This document shows, piece by piece, positions 1-10,473 of a stretch of 64,000 nt of DNA. Each line of letters starts with the position of its first letter. Position 1 is the first letter of the stretch. Location: IMG/VR virus record IMGVR_UViG_3300030618_000013; one strand, 5' to 3'. A model generated the notes under the pieces. That model saw only the letters and a list, made by a program, of their open reading frames with translations, was not told the origin of the DNA and did not search any database. Source of the DNA: an uncultured virus (IMG/VR IMGVR_UViG_3300030618_000013). Its lineage: Duplodnaviria > Heunggongvirae > Uroviricota > Caudoviricetes. The translations under genes and the position numbers were made by a program.

Positions 1-85
1 AACTCATACCGAGCTGTCTAAGTTAGATGCCCTTCATTTTTTGGCTCAGTTACTGGCTGATGTCATTGGATTTGTAAAATAAAGG

Positions 86-114
86 TTGGCACCAGCTGCA
101 ATATAAATTATAGT
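86..114 (+). promoter_or_regulatory. sigma70-type early promoter, repeated cassette copy 1
   Basis: TTGGCA-N17-TATAGT, followed by leader CCTAACGAAAAGGAA and ATG at 149. Confidence 0.75.
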
Positions 115-148
115 GTAGTGACTAGGTCCTAACGAAAAGGAAATCAAA

Positions 149-550
149 ATGAAAATCAACAAACCGTCAATAGTATTCAGAGAGTTCGCAAAAGCATGGG
201 GTCTAACTATTGAGCGTAAGGACAATGCAAACAAAATAACTATCGAACACGCAGAGTCCCGCCTAACTCTAACCCTCACAGACAAGCTGGACGATAATGT
301 GGACTACTCAGAACCGATGTTTCGAGGCGAATTGTTATACACCGCCACCAAAGATGAACGTTGGGAACTGGGTTTGGGCAAATATGACGATCATACTTAT
401 ATTATCTCCGATAGCTACGGCAGTACTATTCAAGATCTTCTTCATGTATTGCAGCATCTACAGGACTATCCAGCTTTTGTGAAAGCACGTGCCGCTGGCC
501 CCGAAAAATTCGTGGATTACCTATCACGCACTGAGAACTATTATTCATAG
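149..550 (+). CDS. hypothetical early protein
   Basis: 133 aa ORF with AAGGA RBS behind the repeated promoter. Confidence 0.75.
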   Translation: MKINKPSIVFREFAKAWGLTIERKDNANKITIEHAESRLTLTLTDKLDDNVDYSEPMFRGELLYTATKDERWELGLGKYDDHTYIISDSYGSTIQDLLHVLQHLQDYPAFVKARAAGPEKFVDYLSRTENYYS

Positions 551-584
551 TCATGAACCGCACCCCAACGAAAAGGAAGAGACC

Positions 585-896
585 ATGCCGTTCTGCTCAA
601 CGCACCAACACGCATATGTTAATGTCTGTAGCTTCTGTGCGATCGACCAACAAAAGGCTCGACGCGTGGTCGAATCCACACAAAAATGTGTGTACCTAAC
701 ACTGGCTTCTGCCGACTCCAAACCGGTTGTGTCCGAAAGTATGGCCGCTGCATTGGCGCAGCCTTCGATCCCCCTGTATGGGGCCTTGGTTCGCAACCGC
801 CCTGAATTTGTCTTTCCGGTCAATGCTCGTATATCGTTGCTACATGACGACCGTATCCTCTGTGCCCGTTGGATGGTAAACGGCGCTCCCGCGTAA
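585..896 (+). CDS. hypothetical protein with N-terminal Cys/His motif
   Basis: Start moved to ATG 585 after leader CCAACGAAAAGGAA; CSTH..CSFC motif. Confidence 0.65.
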   Translation: MPFCSTHQHAYVNVCSFCAIDQQKARRVVESTQKCVYLTLASADSKPVVSESMAAALAQPSIPLYGALVRNRPEFVFPVNARISLLHDDRILCARWMVNGAPA

Positions 897-926
897 CCAC
901 AACAATCAAAGACAGGACTTCATAAC

Positions 927-1820
927 ATGACCTCACGCAACTTAACAGAAGACACCAACCTCATCCGTAGCCTGGTTTGTAGCCTGGTTTTGACTGCCCT
1001 AAACTGCTTAAGCTTAAGACAAGCTAAGCGTACTCATACCGAATTCATAGTGTACACCGAATGTGATTTGCAGTTTGAGCTCAAAGGATTTGTTCGTTGC
1101 ATAGAAGACCATTCGTTCTTTATTCGGTTCCTGACTTCCGCCCTGCGGGTCCCGTTCACTACATTTAAAGGCTACCGGTCCAAGACCGGCGAGGAATTCG
1201 TACAGCAATTGCTTCTGGTCTTCTACGAGATTCTCGCCATCCACGGTGAGGAGGGACTTAGCAAAGTTGAACGTTCGGTACGTTTGGCCGTCGCAAATCA
1301 GAAAGCCACGCGCGAGTCGTTGGGCAAGTCTTCCGAAGACGAACCTACGAACGACAAAGCCGTTGACCCGACCGACGAGCACCTCGATCAAACCAGCTTG
1401 ATCCATAGACTGGCGCACAACGGATTGGCTGTATCCATAAAGGAAGACGATGGACATTACCTAGGCGTCCACACCTTCGGCAGCGAACCCAAGCTTTGGG
1501 TTCTGTATGAACCTTCGGTCACAGCTGATTATGTACGTGCGTTGCACCTCGCAATCGAGGATTTCGAAAAGCCTGAACCTACGGGGACCGCTGCGAACCT
1601 GTCAGAAATTATGCGGCTAGTAGCTGAGCTCAATCCTCAGATCTCGATCAAGCGCGACTTGGTAGGTCTCGAGTACGGTATGTGTATGTATGTGCAGACC
1701 TTCGCCAAAGGTCGCGCCAGCAAGCGCTGTATATACGCATCTGAGGATACCGAGTCTTTCACCGCCGCAACCCTGAAAGCCTTACTCGACTTGAAGCGCC
1801 TCATGCGCCTCATTTCCTAA
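927..1820 (+). CDS. hypothetical protein
   Basis: 297 aa ORF, AGGA RBS. Confidence 0.7.
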   Translation: MTSRNLTEDTNLIRSLVCSLVLTALNCLSLRQAKRTHTEFIVYTECDLQFELKGFVRCIEDHSFFIRFLTSALRVPFTTFKGYRSKTGEEFVQQLLLVFYEILAIHGEEGLSKVERSVRLAVANQKATRESLGKSSEDEPTNDKAVDPTDEHLDQTSLIHRLAHNGLAVSIKEDDGHYLGVHTFGSEPKLWVLYEPSVTADYVRALHLAIEDFEKPEPTGTAANLSEIMRLVAELNPQISIKRDLVGLEYGMCMYVQTFAKGRASKRCIYASEDTESFTAATLKALLDLKRLMRLIS

Positions 1821-1835
1821 TTTGGAGTTAATCAA

Positions 1836-2711
1836 ATGTTAAGTTCACAACTTCGTGTCGGTGATCGCGTCGTAATGCAAATGGATAACGAGGCTCGTGT
1901 CTGGGGTCGCCGGGGCGTAGCCGATGGCACAGAGGGCACCATACTATCCAAGACGCGTATTCTGTCATATCGAGAACGCATTGGTTATCTGTGTCGCGAA
2001 CAAGGCGTGTATGAACAAGACGGGGTAGCCGTGGTGTCTTGGGACAACGGCGTCACTGAAAACAGTGATGGTTACTCTATCTGTCTGATAGACAAACAAG
2101 AAGACGACCGTCGCTACCAAGAAGAATATGCCAGTCTTCTTAAGGAGGACAATTACAACGATTTGCAAAATAAACTCGTGAACCGTTCTTACGTCGGACC
2201 ATTACCTGATACCAAATTTTGGGAAGGTGACGAAGTTTGGGTTCAACAGCAGACTGCTAAGGAACGTTTAACCTACACTTGGGTTATCCAGTCTATCCAG
2301 TATTATATGGAACGCGATGATCGTGGCTATTGCTATGACGTTGGTGCTTATACTCCTGAGGGTCGGGCCTTCAGCCAAATGCACCGTGACATCGATATGC
2401 ATCTAGTGAAACGTGGTGTCATATACAATCATTACCGCCACCTACCCGTTACCTTCTATTCCTTAGAGGAGGAAATCAAGTTTGATTTCATGCTTGATCG
2501 AGTTCGCGAGGTTCGCAACCCCAGTACACAGAATTTTTCCTGGACTAAGGATGACATCCTAGCGGCTGTCAAAGCGGGTGTAGCCGATGGCTTCAACGTA
2601 GCACAGGGATTTTTTGGTGCACCACCCAGCATCCGTGCACAACGTTTTGAAAATCGCGATCTCGGTGAACGTGTGCGTGCCAAGACACTGGCTGGCTTCA
2701 ACATTTCGTAA
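1836..2711 (+). CDS. hypothetical protein
   Basis: 291 aa ORF, GGAG RBS. Confidence 0.75.
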   Translation: MLSSQLRVGDRVVMQMDNEARVWGRRGVADGTEGTILSKTRILSYRERIGYLCREQGVYEQDGVAVVSWDNGVTENSDGYSICLIDKQEDDRRYQEEYASLLKEDNYNDLQNKLVNRSYVGPLPDTKFWEGDEVWVQQQTAKERLTYTWVIQSIQYYMERDDRGYCYDVGAYTPEGRAFSQMHRDIDMHLVKRGVIYNHYRHLPVTFYSLEEEIKFDFMLDRVREVRNPSTQNFSWTKDDILAAVKAGVADGFNVAQGFFGAPPSIRAQRFENRDLGERVRAKTLAGFNIS

Positions 2712-2797
2712 CTAATGGACATTTGAAATAGAGTTCACAGACAACACCGCTAGGGCCAAGCCGGTCTAACCCTCTTACAACCAAGAAGAGAAAGCAA

Positions 2798-3391
2798 ATG
2801 AATTTCGAACAGAAATTTGAATTGATCCAGTTTAATGTGTTGAACAACATGCGCGTCATCGTCAACAATCGTAAAGGCGAGGTATCTGCAGATACAAACC
2901 GTATTGGTACTAACGAATTGATCGGCAGTCATCTGACCATAAAAGAGGTCAAGGAATTATGTGCCGTCCTTTACACCCGATACGCCAATACCCTGATCGG
3001 CAAGCGTGCAGTCGCCAAAATGTCGGTTATTGAATTTTCAGCTTACTTGACGATGGCCCTCAATTCTCGTGGTATAAACATTGAACAGGGATTTCCTGTG
3101 ACCCGGATGGCGAACACTGAACGGCCGTTCGGTCAACCTGTTGTCAAGGTTGAGGCAGGCTTGATCGATTGGATCGTCCATAAGCTGGAAGAATACACAT
3201 TGTCTATAAACGTAGTAACCCAGCTTGGTAACCCACACGCTTGTCTGAACGTAAGTAAGCGGCAGACTTCCCCAGAAATTCGTTCGTCTTCGTACTTCTC
3301 GTTTGACCGCGTTGCCTGTTATTCATATGTGCAGGCTCTACGTGAAGCCATTTCTGAGATTGAAGCCATCGCTATTGCCCACGATAAATAA
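2798..3391 (+). CDS. hypothetical protein
   Basis: 197 aa ORF. Confidence 0.7.
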   Translation: MNFEQKFELIQFNVLNNMRVIVNNRKGEVSADTNRIGTNELIGSHLTIKEVKELCAVLYTRYANTLIGKRAVAKMSVIEFSAYLTMALNSRGINIEQGFPVTRMANTERPFGQPVVKVEAGLIDWIVHKLEEYTLSINVVTQLGNPHACLNVSKRQTSPEIRSSSYFSFDRVACYSYVQALREAISEIEAIAIAHDK

Positions 3392-3564
3392 GGGCTGCGT
3401 CGAAACAATACCCTGAGAATGAGGCCCCCGAACTCAGAAGCAAATAAAACAACACGGGGCAGACTGAGAAAACTATTTAACCATTGGATGCTGACATCTA
3501 ACCTAGAGGATTGTATTAAACTAGAAGAGATGCTGTCCACAAAATTTCCTAAGGACGAGTCCAA

Positions 3565-3810
3565 ATGAACAGTCTCAACGTACTTATAATTTGCGCCTTT
3601 TTGTTTTTCTGCGCCATGATGCTAGCCGATGCTTTCCACACCTATATGGATAACAAGTATGGGTCTAAAACTAATGATCTGATTGACCTACAATCAGAAC
3701 ATGAGGCTCTTCAAGAACAAGTTGACGAGCTTCAACAGCAAGCAGATGATATGCAAGACCAGATTAGTAATTTGATTTTTCAACGCGATGAAATTAAGCA
3801 ACAACAATAG
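3565..3810 (+). CDS. membrane-anchored coiled-coil protein
   Basis: N-terminal hydrophobic helix followed by Q/E/D-rich heptads. Confidence 0.65.
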   Translation: MNSLNVLIICAFLFFCAMMLADAFHTYMDNKYGSKTNDLIDLQSEHEALQEQVDELQQQADDMQDQISNLIFQRDEIKQQQ

Positions 3811-3887
3811 TCTAGTTGAATCTTTTGTGCTGTGCTAGTCTTAACAAAATTATTACATCAAAACCTAACCGAAAATAGGAAAACAAA

Positions 3888-4565
3888 ATGCCAGCCTTCA
3901 ATAGTGATCCTTTAGTCAAGGCCCAGTGCCTTGCTCAACTGACAACAGACATTGATTACGTGCGTGAAGTAATAGGTTTAATTCAACAGCAAAATATGTA
4001 TGGTGGAGCCTTTACCGAGCAAAAAGTAAATAAACTGGGAATCCCATCGTGGCTAGCTCGGTTGGTGTCAGCTATTTTGGATGGACAACCGGCTGACAAC
4101 TCAGGGGCCTATTTGGTACAAACTCTGAAAGCAATTCCCGTTGGTGCCGATCTGTCTGTAGTTGAATGGCAATTGGCAATCGTTAGGGCCAACAAAACGT
4201 TGACGGCCCTGACCAACAATGATGAGGACTACGCTAAGGAGACCCGTGCCGCTATTGAACTGTGCAAGGATTACTGCAATTCGGTGCTAACTGGTAACCC
4301 TGTATATTCGAAATTAGTGGAGGCTATTGACGCCTGTGAACAAGCGGCGGCCCATGCTAGACTAGCGTTGTCTCAAACAAATCCTGAGGCTTGGTCCTAT
4401 CAATCAGCGGCTCAGTCTGCAGTACAATCCTTAACACGTTCATCCCGTGCTACAGTTAGCGCAGCCCAAGTATTTCGTGGACAACCCGAAGTTGATTACT
4501 ATGTGTTCGAATCCTTGATGCTTACTTACCTGCTGGCTAAAGCACCTATTCCGGCACCAACCTAA
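3888..4565 (+). CDS. hypothetical protein, paralog family with 4699 and 52191
   Basis: Shared F/YxxDPxVK start, WLAxL and IPVGADL motifs. Confidence 0.75.
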   Translation: MPAFNSDPLVKAQCLAQLTTDIDYVREVIGLIQQQNMYGGAFTEQKVNKLGIPSWLARLVSAILDGQPADNSGAYLVQTLKAIPVGADLSVVEWQLAIVRANKTLTALTNNDEDYAKETRAAIELCKDYCNSVLTGNPVYSKLVEAIDACEQAAAHARLALSQTNPEAWSYQSAAQSAVQSLTRSSRATVSAAQVFRGQPEVDYYVFESLMLTYLLAKAPIPAPT

Positions 4566-4698
4566 ATTCAAACGTTTAAAAGGTCTATACTGCCCAACAA
4601 AACTGTTCTTGACACATTTTTGCTGCCTGCGAGAAATAGTAGTGTATAGTAAATAATTAGCAGTTACCAAACAAAAACCCAACGAAAAGGAAACCGAA

Positions 4699-5181
4699 AT
4701 GTCCAACAAGATTCTGTCTTATCACAACGATCCCAAAGTCAAAGAACTGCACGTCAATCTAGCCAAGAAGCACTACGAGCTGGATATGCTTATGTCCGGC
4801 ACCTACGGTATTCTCCCTGCAATCAAGGGACAAAAGTTCAAGGGTTGTAGCGTTGGATGCATAGCATATGAGCTCAAACCCAATTTTCACACTAATATAG
4901 ATTTTTTACATGAAATCGTGGCTGAGAGCGCTGGATGGCCTATTTGGTTTGTGGAGTTAAACGACACCATGTTCGAAGCTCTGCCCGCAGGCGAACGTGA
5001 GATCTTCCATGTGCAATTACGCGAAAGGATCCCTGTTGGTGCTGATCTTGATTTATTATTTGATTATTATAGATCAGTTGATCGTAAGAGTACCACTGAC
5101 TCGCAAGGAAGAGCTTTAAAGTGTCGTGACGGGTTGTTTCAATTATTGGACCAGGCAGGAGCAGAAATTCAAGCCCGGTAA
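4699..5181 (+). CDS. hypothetical protein, paralog family with 3888 and 52191
   Basis: ILSYHNDPKVK, GCSVGC, IPVGADL; preceded by CCAACGAAAAGGAA leader. Confidence 0.75.
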   Translation: MSNKILSYHNDPKVKELHVNLAKKHYELDMLMSGTYGILPAIKGQKFKGCSVGCIAYELKPNFHTNIDFLHEIVAESAGWPIWFVELNDTMFEALPAGEREIFHVQLRERIPVGADLDLLFDYYRSVDRKSTTDSQGRALKCRDGLFQLLDQAGAEIQAR

Positions 5182-5232
5182 ATAGACAAAAACAACACTA
5201 ATTACAGCTTTCACCCAATCACCATTTTTAGC

Positions 5233-5242
5233 CTAGTAAATA
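5233..5242 (+). promoter_or_regulatory. CTAGTAAATA motif (putative phage-specific promoter), representative copy
   Basis: Exact copies also at 7481, 8130, 23024, 26001, 55752, 59881; TAGTAAATA at 4647, 20282, 50881; nearly all intergenic, upstream of genes. Confidence 0.65.
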
Positions 5243-5255
5243 AAGGATACAGTTT

Positions 5256-5594
5256 ATGTGGCGTGCACAGAAAAGTCCGAAACTTGAAGTCTGTATCGAA
5301 TATCATAGTCCGCACTGGGTGGTTCTCATCAAGAATCCAGGGCACAAAGAATGGACTGCCCTGCGCTCAAAAACACGTAGCATTTCAGTGCAGGATGAAT
5401 TCGGTGTAGAAATTCAAAAGCGTCCGGCTATCGACAGTTTCAAGACTAAGGGCGAAGCCGATATGTGGATCGCGGACAATCTGCCTGAGTGCCTGCCCGT
5501 TGTTCGCCAGCCCTCAGAAATAAAAGCATTCATCGAAGCTTCGTCGGATCAAGCACGATTGTTGAAGCCGCCAGCCCGTGGTGTGCTAGCCTAG
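5256..5594 (+). CDS. hypothetical protein
   Basis: 112 aa ORF with AAGGA RBS after CTAGTAAATA. Confidence 0.7.
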   Translation: MWRAQKSPKLEVCIEYHSPHWVVLIKNPGHKEWTALRSKTRSISVQDEFGVEIQKRPAIDSFKTKGEADMWIADNLPECLPVVRQPSEIKAFIEASSDQARLLKPPARGVLA

Positions 5595-5636
5595 CCTAAA
5601 TAGAATTTAATCAGTACCAAAATACCAGACACTAAA

Positions 5637-6008
5637 ATGACCACCTCAAACACGAACACGCAAGAAAAACCTTTCGTTAAGCCGCCGATTCCTAAGTTCA
5701 AGAATGTACCGCAACTAGGTACGGAAGTTACGTTGAGCTCAGACGACATCACCTTGTCTACTGATGGTCGAAACTACCTGTGTCGTATTGCTTATGACGT
5801 AACAAATGATAACTGGGTTACGGCTTCGCGGTTCAACAAGAATTCCAACAATTGGGAATCTGTACTGAGCACAGGTCACCTAGGTATTATTGTGTTCTTG
5901 GAAGAGGCACCACCGAATCGCGAATTCTTTGTCATCCGCATCTACGAAATTCAGGCCCATGGCTGCGGTGCTTACGCTGAAATTTCGGAAAAGTCATGGG
6001 ACAATTAA
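5637..6008 (+). CDS. hypothetical protein
   Basis: 123 aa ORF. Confidence 0.65.
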   Translation: MTTSNTNTQEKPFVKPPIPKFKNVPQLGTEVTLSSDDITLSTDGRNYLCRIAYDVTNDNWVTASRFNKNSNNWESVLSTGHLGIIVFLEEAPPNREFFVIRIYEIQAHGCGAYAEISEKSWDN

Positions 6009-6757
6009 CTGTTTATGAACGATCATCAATTGACTTGGCTAAGCTTCATCATTATCGAATTCTAAAATCAAGGATGGAGGCCAATCGTCAGAAATACTAC
6101 AAGCTCCATACACAGGTCCTGAAATTCGCCAATTTATATTTTGATGCCCTACCCGAAGCAAAAACAGTCATTCGATTGCGCCGTGAAATCCGACTCGCAA
6201 CCAAAGGCACGCCACAAACAATTGCACAGGACGCTATAACAACTGCTGGATACATTAGTTTTGGCACCGAGCAGCTATACAACGCGGAATCTCATTTGGT
6301 ACAAGCTGCGTATCGAATGGTTGCTTCTTTAGTGCATCCAGATAGGGGTGGAGACCCTGAATTATTTCAGCTAGTAAATGCAGCATACAGACTCAAGGAT
6401 TTAACTTTCCTCCAAGAGCTGTATATTACGTTGAAAGTTGACAATCCGTTCTGGCGCTGTAGAGACGGCCTATTGTATATGCAGCAAGAAGTAGATCGTC
6501 CGCAAGTGAGCACCAAAATTCTGCAGACAACACCGGAATTTGAAATCTGCAGATTGCACATGAAAGGGGATCACAAAGGAGCATCTATTCTGGCTCAAAC
6601 CAGATTGCTGGAACTGATCGTAACTTTAAATGCAGAGCTTCATTCACTATTGACAGTTTCAAACACAACAGGAAATAACCATGATCAACAAGAAAGTAGC
6701 GAAGAATCAAGCTTCCACCCAGCACCCAGCACCGACACAAAAGAAAGTAGCCAGTAG
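5996..6757 (+). CDS. J-domain (DnaJ-like) protein
   Basis: AYRMVASLVHPDRGGDPELFQLVNAAY with HPD motif. Confidence 0.7.
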   Translation: MGQLTVYERSSIDLAKLHHYRILKSRMEANRQKYYKLHTQVLKFANLYFDALPEAKTVIRLRREIRLATKGTPQTIAQDAITTAGYISFGTEQLYNAESHLVQAAYRMVASLVHPDRGGDPELFQLVNAAYRLKDLTFLQELYITLKVDNPFWRCRDGLLYMQQEVDRPQVSTKILQTTPEFEICRLHMKGDHKGASILAQTRLLELIVTLNAELHSLLTVSNTTGNNHDQQESSEESSFHPAPSTDTKESSQ

Positions 6758-7451
6758 CTCATCCACAAAGTCATCAAGTTCAAGTCCAAAGCTGAAATCC
6801 AAAAGTCCGACATCAGCACCCATCCAAGCCCACGCCACCACATCAACAAACCAAAAAACAAAGGCTAAGCCTGCAGCAAAAACAGTGGCCCGCAAAGGAC
6901 TACCTACGTTCCAGGCACCAGCGGATTTCAAACCGCATTTTCTTGAAGTCACGGTCCGTACCGAAAAAGATGGACTCTTGGGTAACGCCGTTCGCGCCAT
7001 TCGCTATCAAGGTCGTTATGATGTCAACGCAGCGGACAACAAGAAAGCAGATTTGGGATCCTATGATCCACGTACATTGAATGGCTTGATGGCTCGTATC
7101 TCGGGACCTTTGTTCAAGGCAACCAATGACAAGAAATTTCCAACTCAAATTAAAGGTCGTACCGAGGTCAAGGGCGCAATGCGACTTCCTGCCAACACCG
7201 TATTTCGTCTGATCCTGCGCGTCAACCGCAAGGCCGCTGATGGTTCATTGTCTGTGCTCTTCAAGTACATTCAGCAAATCACGAAGAATGAAAAAACGGG
7301 ACGTCCCGTCATTGTTGACCTGGAAAAAAGTGATCCGGTTTATCGCTCTTTCCGTAAGTCCTCGCGCACGTTGCCCGCTGCATTCAAGGACGTATTGATG
7401 CCACCGAAGCGCACACGCGGACAAAATGCTGAGACTCAAGAAGCAGAGTAA
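6681..7451 (+). CDS. basic hypothetical protein
   Basis: 256 aa; K/S-rich low-complexity N-terminus. Confidence 0.7.
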   Translation: MINKKVAKNQASTQHPAPTQKKVASSSSTKSSSSSPKLKSKSPTSAPIQAHATTSTNQKTKAKPAAKTVARKGLPTFQAPADFKPHFLEVTVRTEKDGLLGNAVRAIRYQGRYDVNAADNKKADLGSYDPRTLNGLMARISGPLFKATNDKKFPTQIKGRTEVKGAMRLPANTVFRLILRVNRKAADGSLSVLFKYIQQITKNEKTGRPVIVDLEKSDPVYRSFRKSSRTLPAAFKDVLMPPKRTRGQNAETQEAE

Positions 7452-7525
7452 ATAGCTAGTTGTGAGCTTTTAATTTCAAGCTAGTAAATACATGTCAACA
7501 ACACCCTTTGAGGTTCCATACAGCC

Positions 7526-8125
7526 ATGACAGCCAAAGTTGAACGGTTCACTAGCCTTGTTTTTATACCAAAAGTGTTGGAGTTCGGAAAAGACCAGGAA
7601 TTTGAAGTTCATGAACTCCAGCTTGCGTCCTTGGAGGCTAATCGCAAGACACAGAAACAGACATTGACCCCAGGTTATACGATCAGTGACGACGGTACCT
7701 TATTTGTGTTTCCCTTAGTAGAAGGATCAACAAAGCCAACATTAAACGGATTAGTTGAATCAAAAGCCCCGATCTTGGTACCCAGCTATAATCTTCGTAG
7801 GACAGACACCAACGTAAAAGAAGTACGAAATGAGGACTCAGGTTTGATCTCGTTTCAATTCAAGTCCACGGCACTTATCACACGCAGACTGCACAGCGTA
7901 TTGCCTATGTTAGGTATTTTGTCTAAGTCTCAATTAGCGTTGGTGCTTAAACATTTAGGGTCTCTCAAACAGAAAGAAATCAAAGAGAACCAAAAGGCAT
8001 CAGCCTTGGAGACCTTGGACTATATGTTGGTCAACGAGCAAGTAACACCTGACGATCTGCATATCATTGCAAGAGCCTACGAGACTGAACTAATAGCTCA
8101 AGGGGAAAGTCTGTTCGAAAATTAA
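7526..8125 (+). CDS. hypothetical protein
   Basis: ORF after CTAGTAAATA; GAGG RBS before ATG 7526. Confidence 0.65.
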   Translation: MTAKVERFTSLVFIPKVLEFGKDQEFEVHELQLASLEANRKTQKQTLTPGYTISDDGTLFVFPLVEGSTKPTLNGLVESKAPILVPSYNLRRTDTNVKEVRNEDSGLISFQFKSTALITRRLHSVLPMLGILSKSQLALVLKHLGSLKQKEIKENQKASALETLDYMLVNEQVTPDDLHIIARAYETELIAQGESLFEN

Positions 8126-8229
8126 GACCCTAGTAAATAAGAAGTGAAGAAACGGTTTATGTGGGTGTCCGTCACAACACCAACTAGTTATAACTAATTA
8201 ATTAACGCGTTAAACAAAGGATTTCAAAA

Positions 8230-9228
8230 ATGGCAATTCAGAAAAAAGTCGGACGTCCTGCGGCTCAACAACAGCAACAACGCCGAGGCCCGAAACCTCA
8301 AGAGCAGGTCCAGAAGAAAGTGAACCCTGCAGTTCTGGCTAAGCGCAAGGCCGAAGCCCTGGCTCAAGAAAAAGCAGATGCGCTGGCAGCGCGTAAGGCT
8401 CAGGCCAATAAGGCCAAAGCTAAACCAGGGCGTCCGAAGGCCCAGCCGGAACCTGAAGTCAAGCGTCGTGGTCCGAAGCCTGGTGCCAAGGCCGCACGTC
8501 AGGCACAGGCCCAAGCCCAGTCCACGCCAAAGGCTAAGCCTGGTCGTCCGAAGGCTAGCACCCAGTCTGTTGTAGCTGAGGCCCTTAAAACGGGTTCTCA
8601 AGTGTTTATCCGGGTGATTACGACTACTGTAGCCTCGGGCAAGCCTTCAAAAGTTGCGTACTTCGGTGCCGGTGGATTGGTTATTCCGCGCTCAACGGTA
8701 AAGGCAGTTGTCGGCAACCTGATCTATCACGAAATTTTGCAACAAGTGGGTACGATTGACGATGTGCAATTGCAAGACGGTATTTTCATCTACGTCACAA
8801 AGGCAGGACCGGTAATTGCCCTGGATCCTAATTATGTGTTCGTCAGCGGTGTTGCAGCAGCTGCGGATGACGAACAGAATCAGGATTCGGATAGTGAGGA
8901 CGATGACTCGGATGACAGCGACGACGAAGATCAGGTCGATTTAGACAACGACGATTCGGATGACGCTGATGATTACTCAGACGACGATTCGGATGATACC
9001 GCCGATGACGAAGATGAACTGGATGTGTCCTCGGATGACGATGACGACGATAGCTCGGATGACGATGAACTAGCGCCGGACGATGACGAAGATCAAGATT
9101 ACGATGACTCTGACAATGACGATTCTGATAACGACGAGGACTCGGATTCGGAGTACGATGACGATGATTCGGATTCCGGCGATGATAGCGATGATACCGA
9201 AGAAGATTTGTTTGATACCGATGATTAA
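8230..9228 (+). CDS. protein with basic GRP/RRGPKP repeats and a very long Asp-rich tail
   Basis: KPGRPK x2 and RRGPKP x2; about 120 C-terminal residues dominated by D/E/S. Confidence 0.8.
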   Translation: MAIQKKVGRPAAQQQQQRRGPKPQEQVQKKVNPAVLAKRKAEALAQEKADALAARKAQANKAKAKPGRPKAQPEPEVKRRGPKPGAKAARQAQAQAQSTPKAKPGRPKASTQSVVAEALKTGSQVFIRVITTTVASGKPSKVAYFGAGGLVIPRSTVKAVVGNLIYHEILQQVGTIDDVQLQDGIFIYVTKAGPVIALDPNYVFVSGVAAAADDEQNQDSDSEDDDSDDSDDEDQVDLDNDDSDDADDYSDDDSDDTADDEDELDVSSDDDDDDSSDDDELAPDDDEDQDYDDSDNDDSDNDEDSDSEYDDDDSDSGDDSDDTEEDLFDTDD

Positions 9229-9252
9229 TTTGTTGCCATTTTAGAGTAAACT

Positions 9253-9286
9253 TAGGGTTGGGGTCTTTTTGTAGATCCTAGCCCTA
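9253..9286 (+). terminator. stem-loop after the acidic-tail gene
   Basis: TAGGGTTGGGGTCT / AGATCCTAGCCCTA inverted repeat with G-U pairs. Confidence 0.55.
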
Positions 9287-9316
9287 TCTTCATTTGTTAT
9301 ACTTAAAGTAGGGGTA

Positions 9317-9628
9317 ATGGTGGACACTAGAGATCACCTCGCGCTGTATTCAGTAAATTGCAAGAAATGTGGACACCTTGACCCTGCTGAGTCTAAAAAG
9401 TGGAGTTCGTGCCATCACACAAAAGGCAATCCTTACTGTCCAGCTAAAGAAGTTCAGATCGTTGTTGTGGGTAAGGCCTATCGTTTGGCCGAACAAATAA
9501 AGAAAGCGCGTAATGCACGTGATGCTGTAAGTGAGGCTCGTATCTTAGCCTTTGTTGTGACCCAAACAGAGGCCTTCAAAGAACGCTTCTATTCAGCTAT
9601 TGAGACAACACCGGAGACGCCCGAGTGA
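9317..9628 (+). CDS. Cys-rich putative zinc-binding protein
   Basis: CKKC..CHH..GNPYCP. Confidence 0.65.
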   Translation: MVDTRDHLALYSVNCKKCGHLDPAESKKWSSCHHTKGNPYCPAKEVQIVVVGKAYRLAEQIKKARNARDAVSEARILAFVVTQTEAFKERFYSAIETTPETPE

Positions 9629-10455
9629 ATATCCCATCTGGAGTTACGAAAGCTCCATCCCAAGCCCCCAATTCCTTAGATACTGACCTCGACGCTGACG
9701 ATAGCGACGACACGTCGGAGCCTAGCGTCCAGCCAGCGTCAAAGACTGGACACAAAAAGCAGCCAGTCAGGCTTACGCGTATCAAGCAGTGGTACTTGCC
9801 TGCCGATGCTGAGTCGTACACCGCGCTCAAGGAAATTGGACTACCCTTGACACGTATCCACATTAACTTTATGCCAGCGGTAAAGTTGTTGGCCAACAAG
9901 CATAAACTGCGAGGTACCGAGGTTTCGTTCAAAGACGAAATTCTGGATCCGTTCTTAGACAAGGTGGGGACCGCCTGGAACAGTAAAGAATTTTTTAAAG
10001 CCTCGATTGGGAACCGAACAATGAAGTTCGAGACCCTGAAACCGGAAGTGTTGGACAAGGCCAAGCGCTGGGTGCCCCAAATGGAGGAAAAGCTGCGTGC
10101 GTTCTTTCAGCGTTGGGGCTACAGTTCGACCTTTGACTACAGCGAAAGTCGTGGTCGTTGTAAATTAAATGTAGAGTACTGGTATGATAGCCAGAAGCTA
10201 CCCATCGTGGTCTTGGAAGAAGAACCTAAACCGCTACCCAAGATCCAGCTTAAGCTTGGATTCACGAGAATTACCCTGCAGTTCGGGACCAAGTACATTG
10301 ATACTGCGATTGAGATCAGCCAAGGTGGTAATTTTACACCGCTGCATACGACGCGCTGTCTCTATAGCCAGGTATCGAGTGTTAGGCCTATGCTGAATGC
10401 CTTGATGTCGGTCTTGGACAAAGACGAGCATAATTTCGACAACACTGCTGACTGA
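9625..10455 (+). CDS. hypothetical protein
   Basis: 276 aa ORF, GTGA overlap with the upstream gene. Confidence 0.7.
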   Translation: MNIPSGVTKAPSQAPNSLDTDLDADDSDDTSEPSVQPASKTGHKKQPVRLTRIKQWYLPADAESYTALKEIGLPLTRIHINFMPAVKLLANKHKLRGTEVSFKDEILDPFLDKVGTAWNSKEFFKASIGNRTMKFETLKPEVLDKAKRWVPQMEEKLRAFFQRWGYSSTFDYSESRGRCKLNVEYWYDSQKLPIVVLEEEPKPLPKIQLKLGFTRITLQFGTKYIDTAIEISQGGNFTPLHTTRCLYSQVSSVRPMLNALMSVLDKDEHNFDNTAD

Positions 10456-10473
10456 TAGACAGGAGAACCTAAC

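Noticed and set aside
967..990. 12 bp tandem repeat GTAGCCTGGTTT x2
   Set aside because: Simple in-frame duplication (SLVCSLV) with no further structure.
8865..9225. GAY-rich repeat as a non-coding satellite
   Set aside because: It is the in-frame Asp-rich tail of gene 8230.
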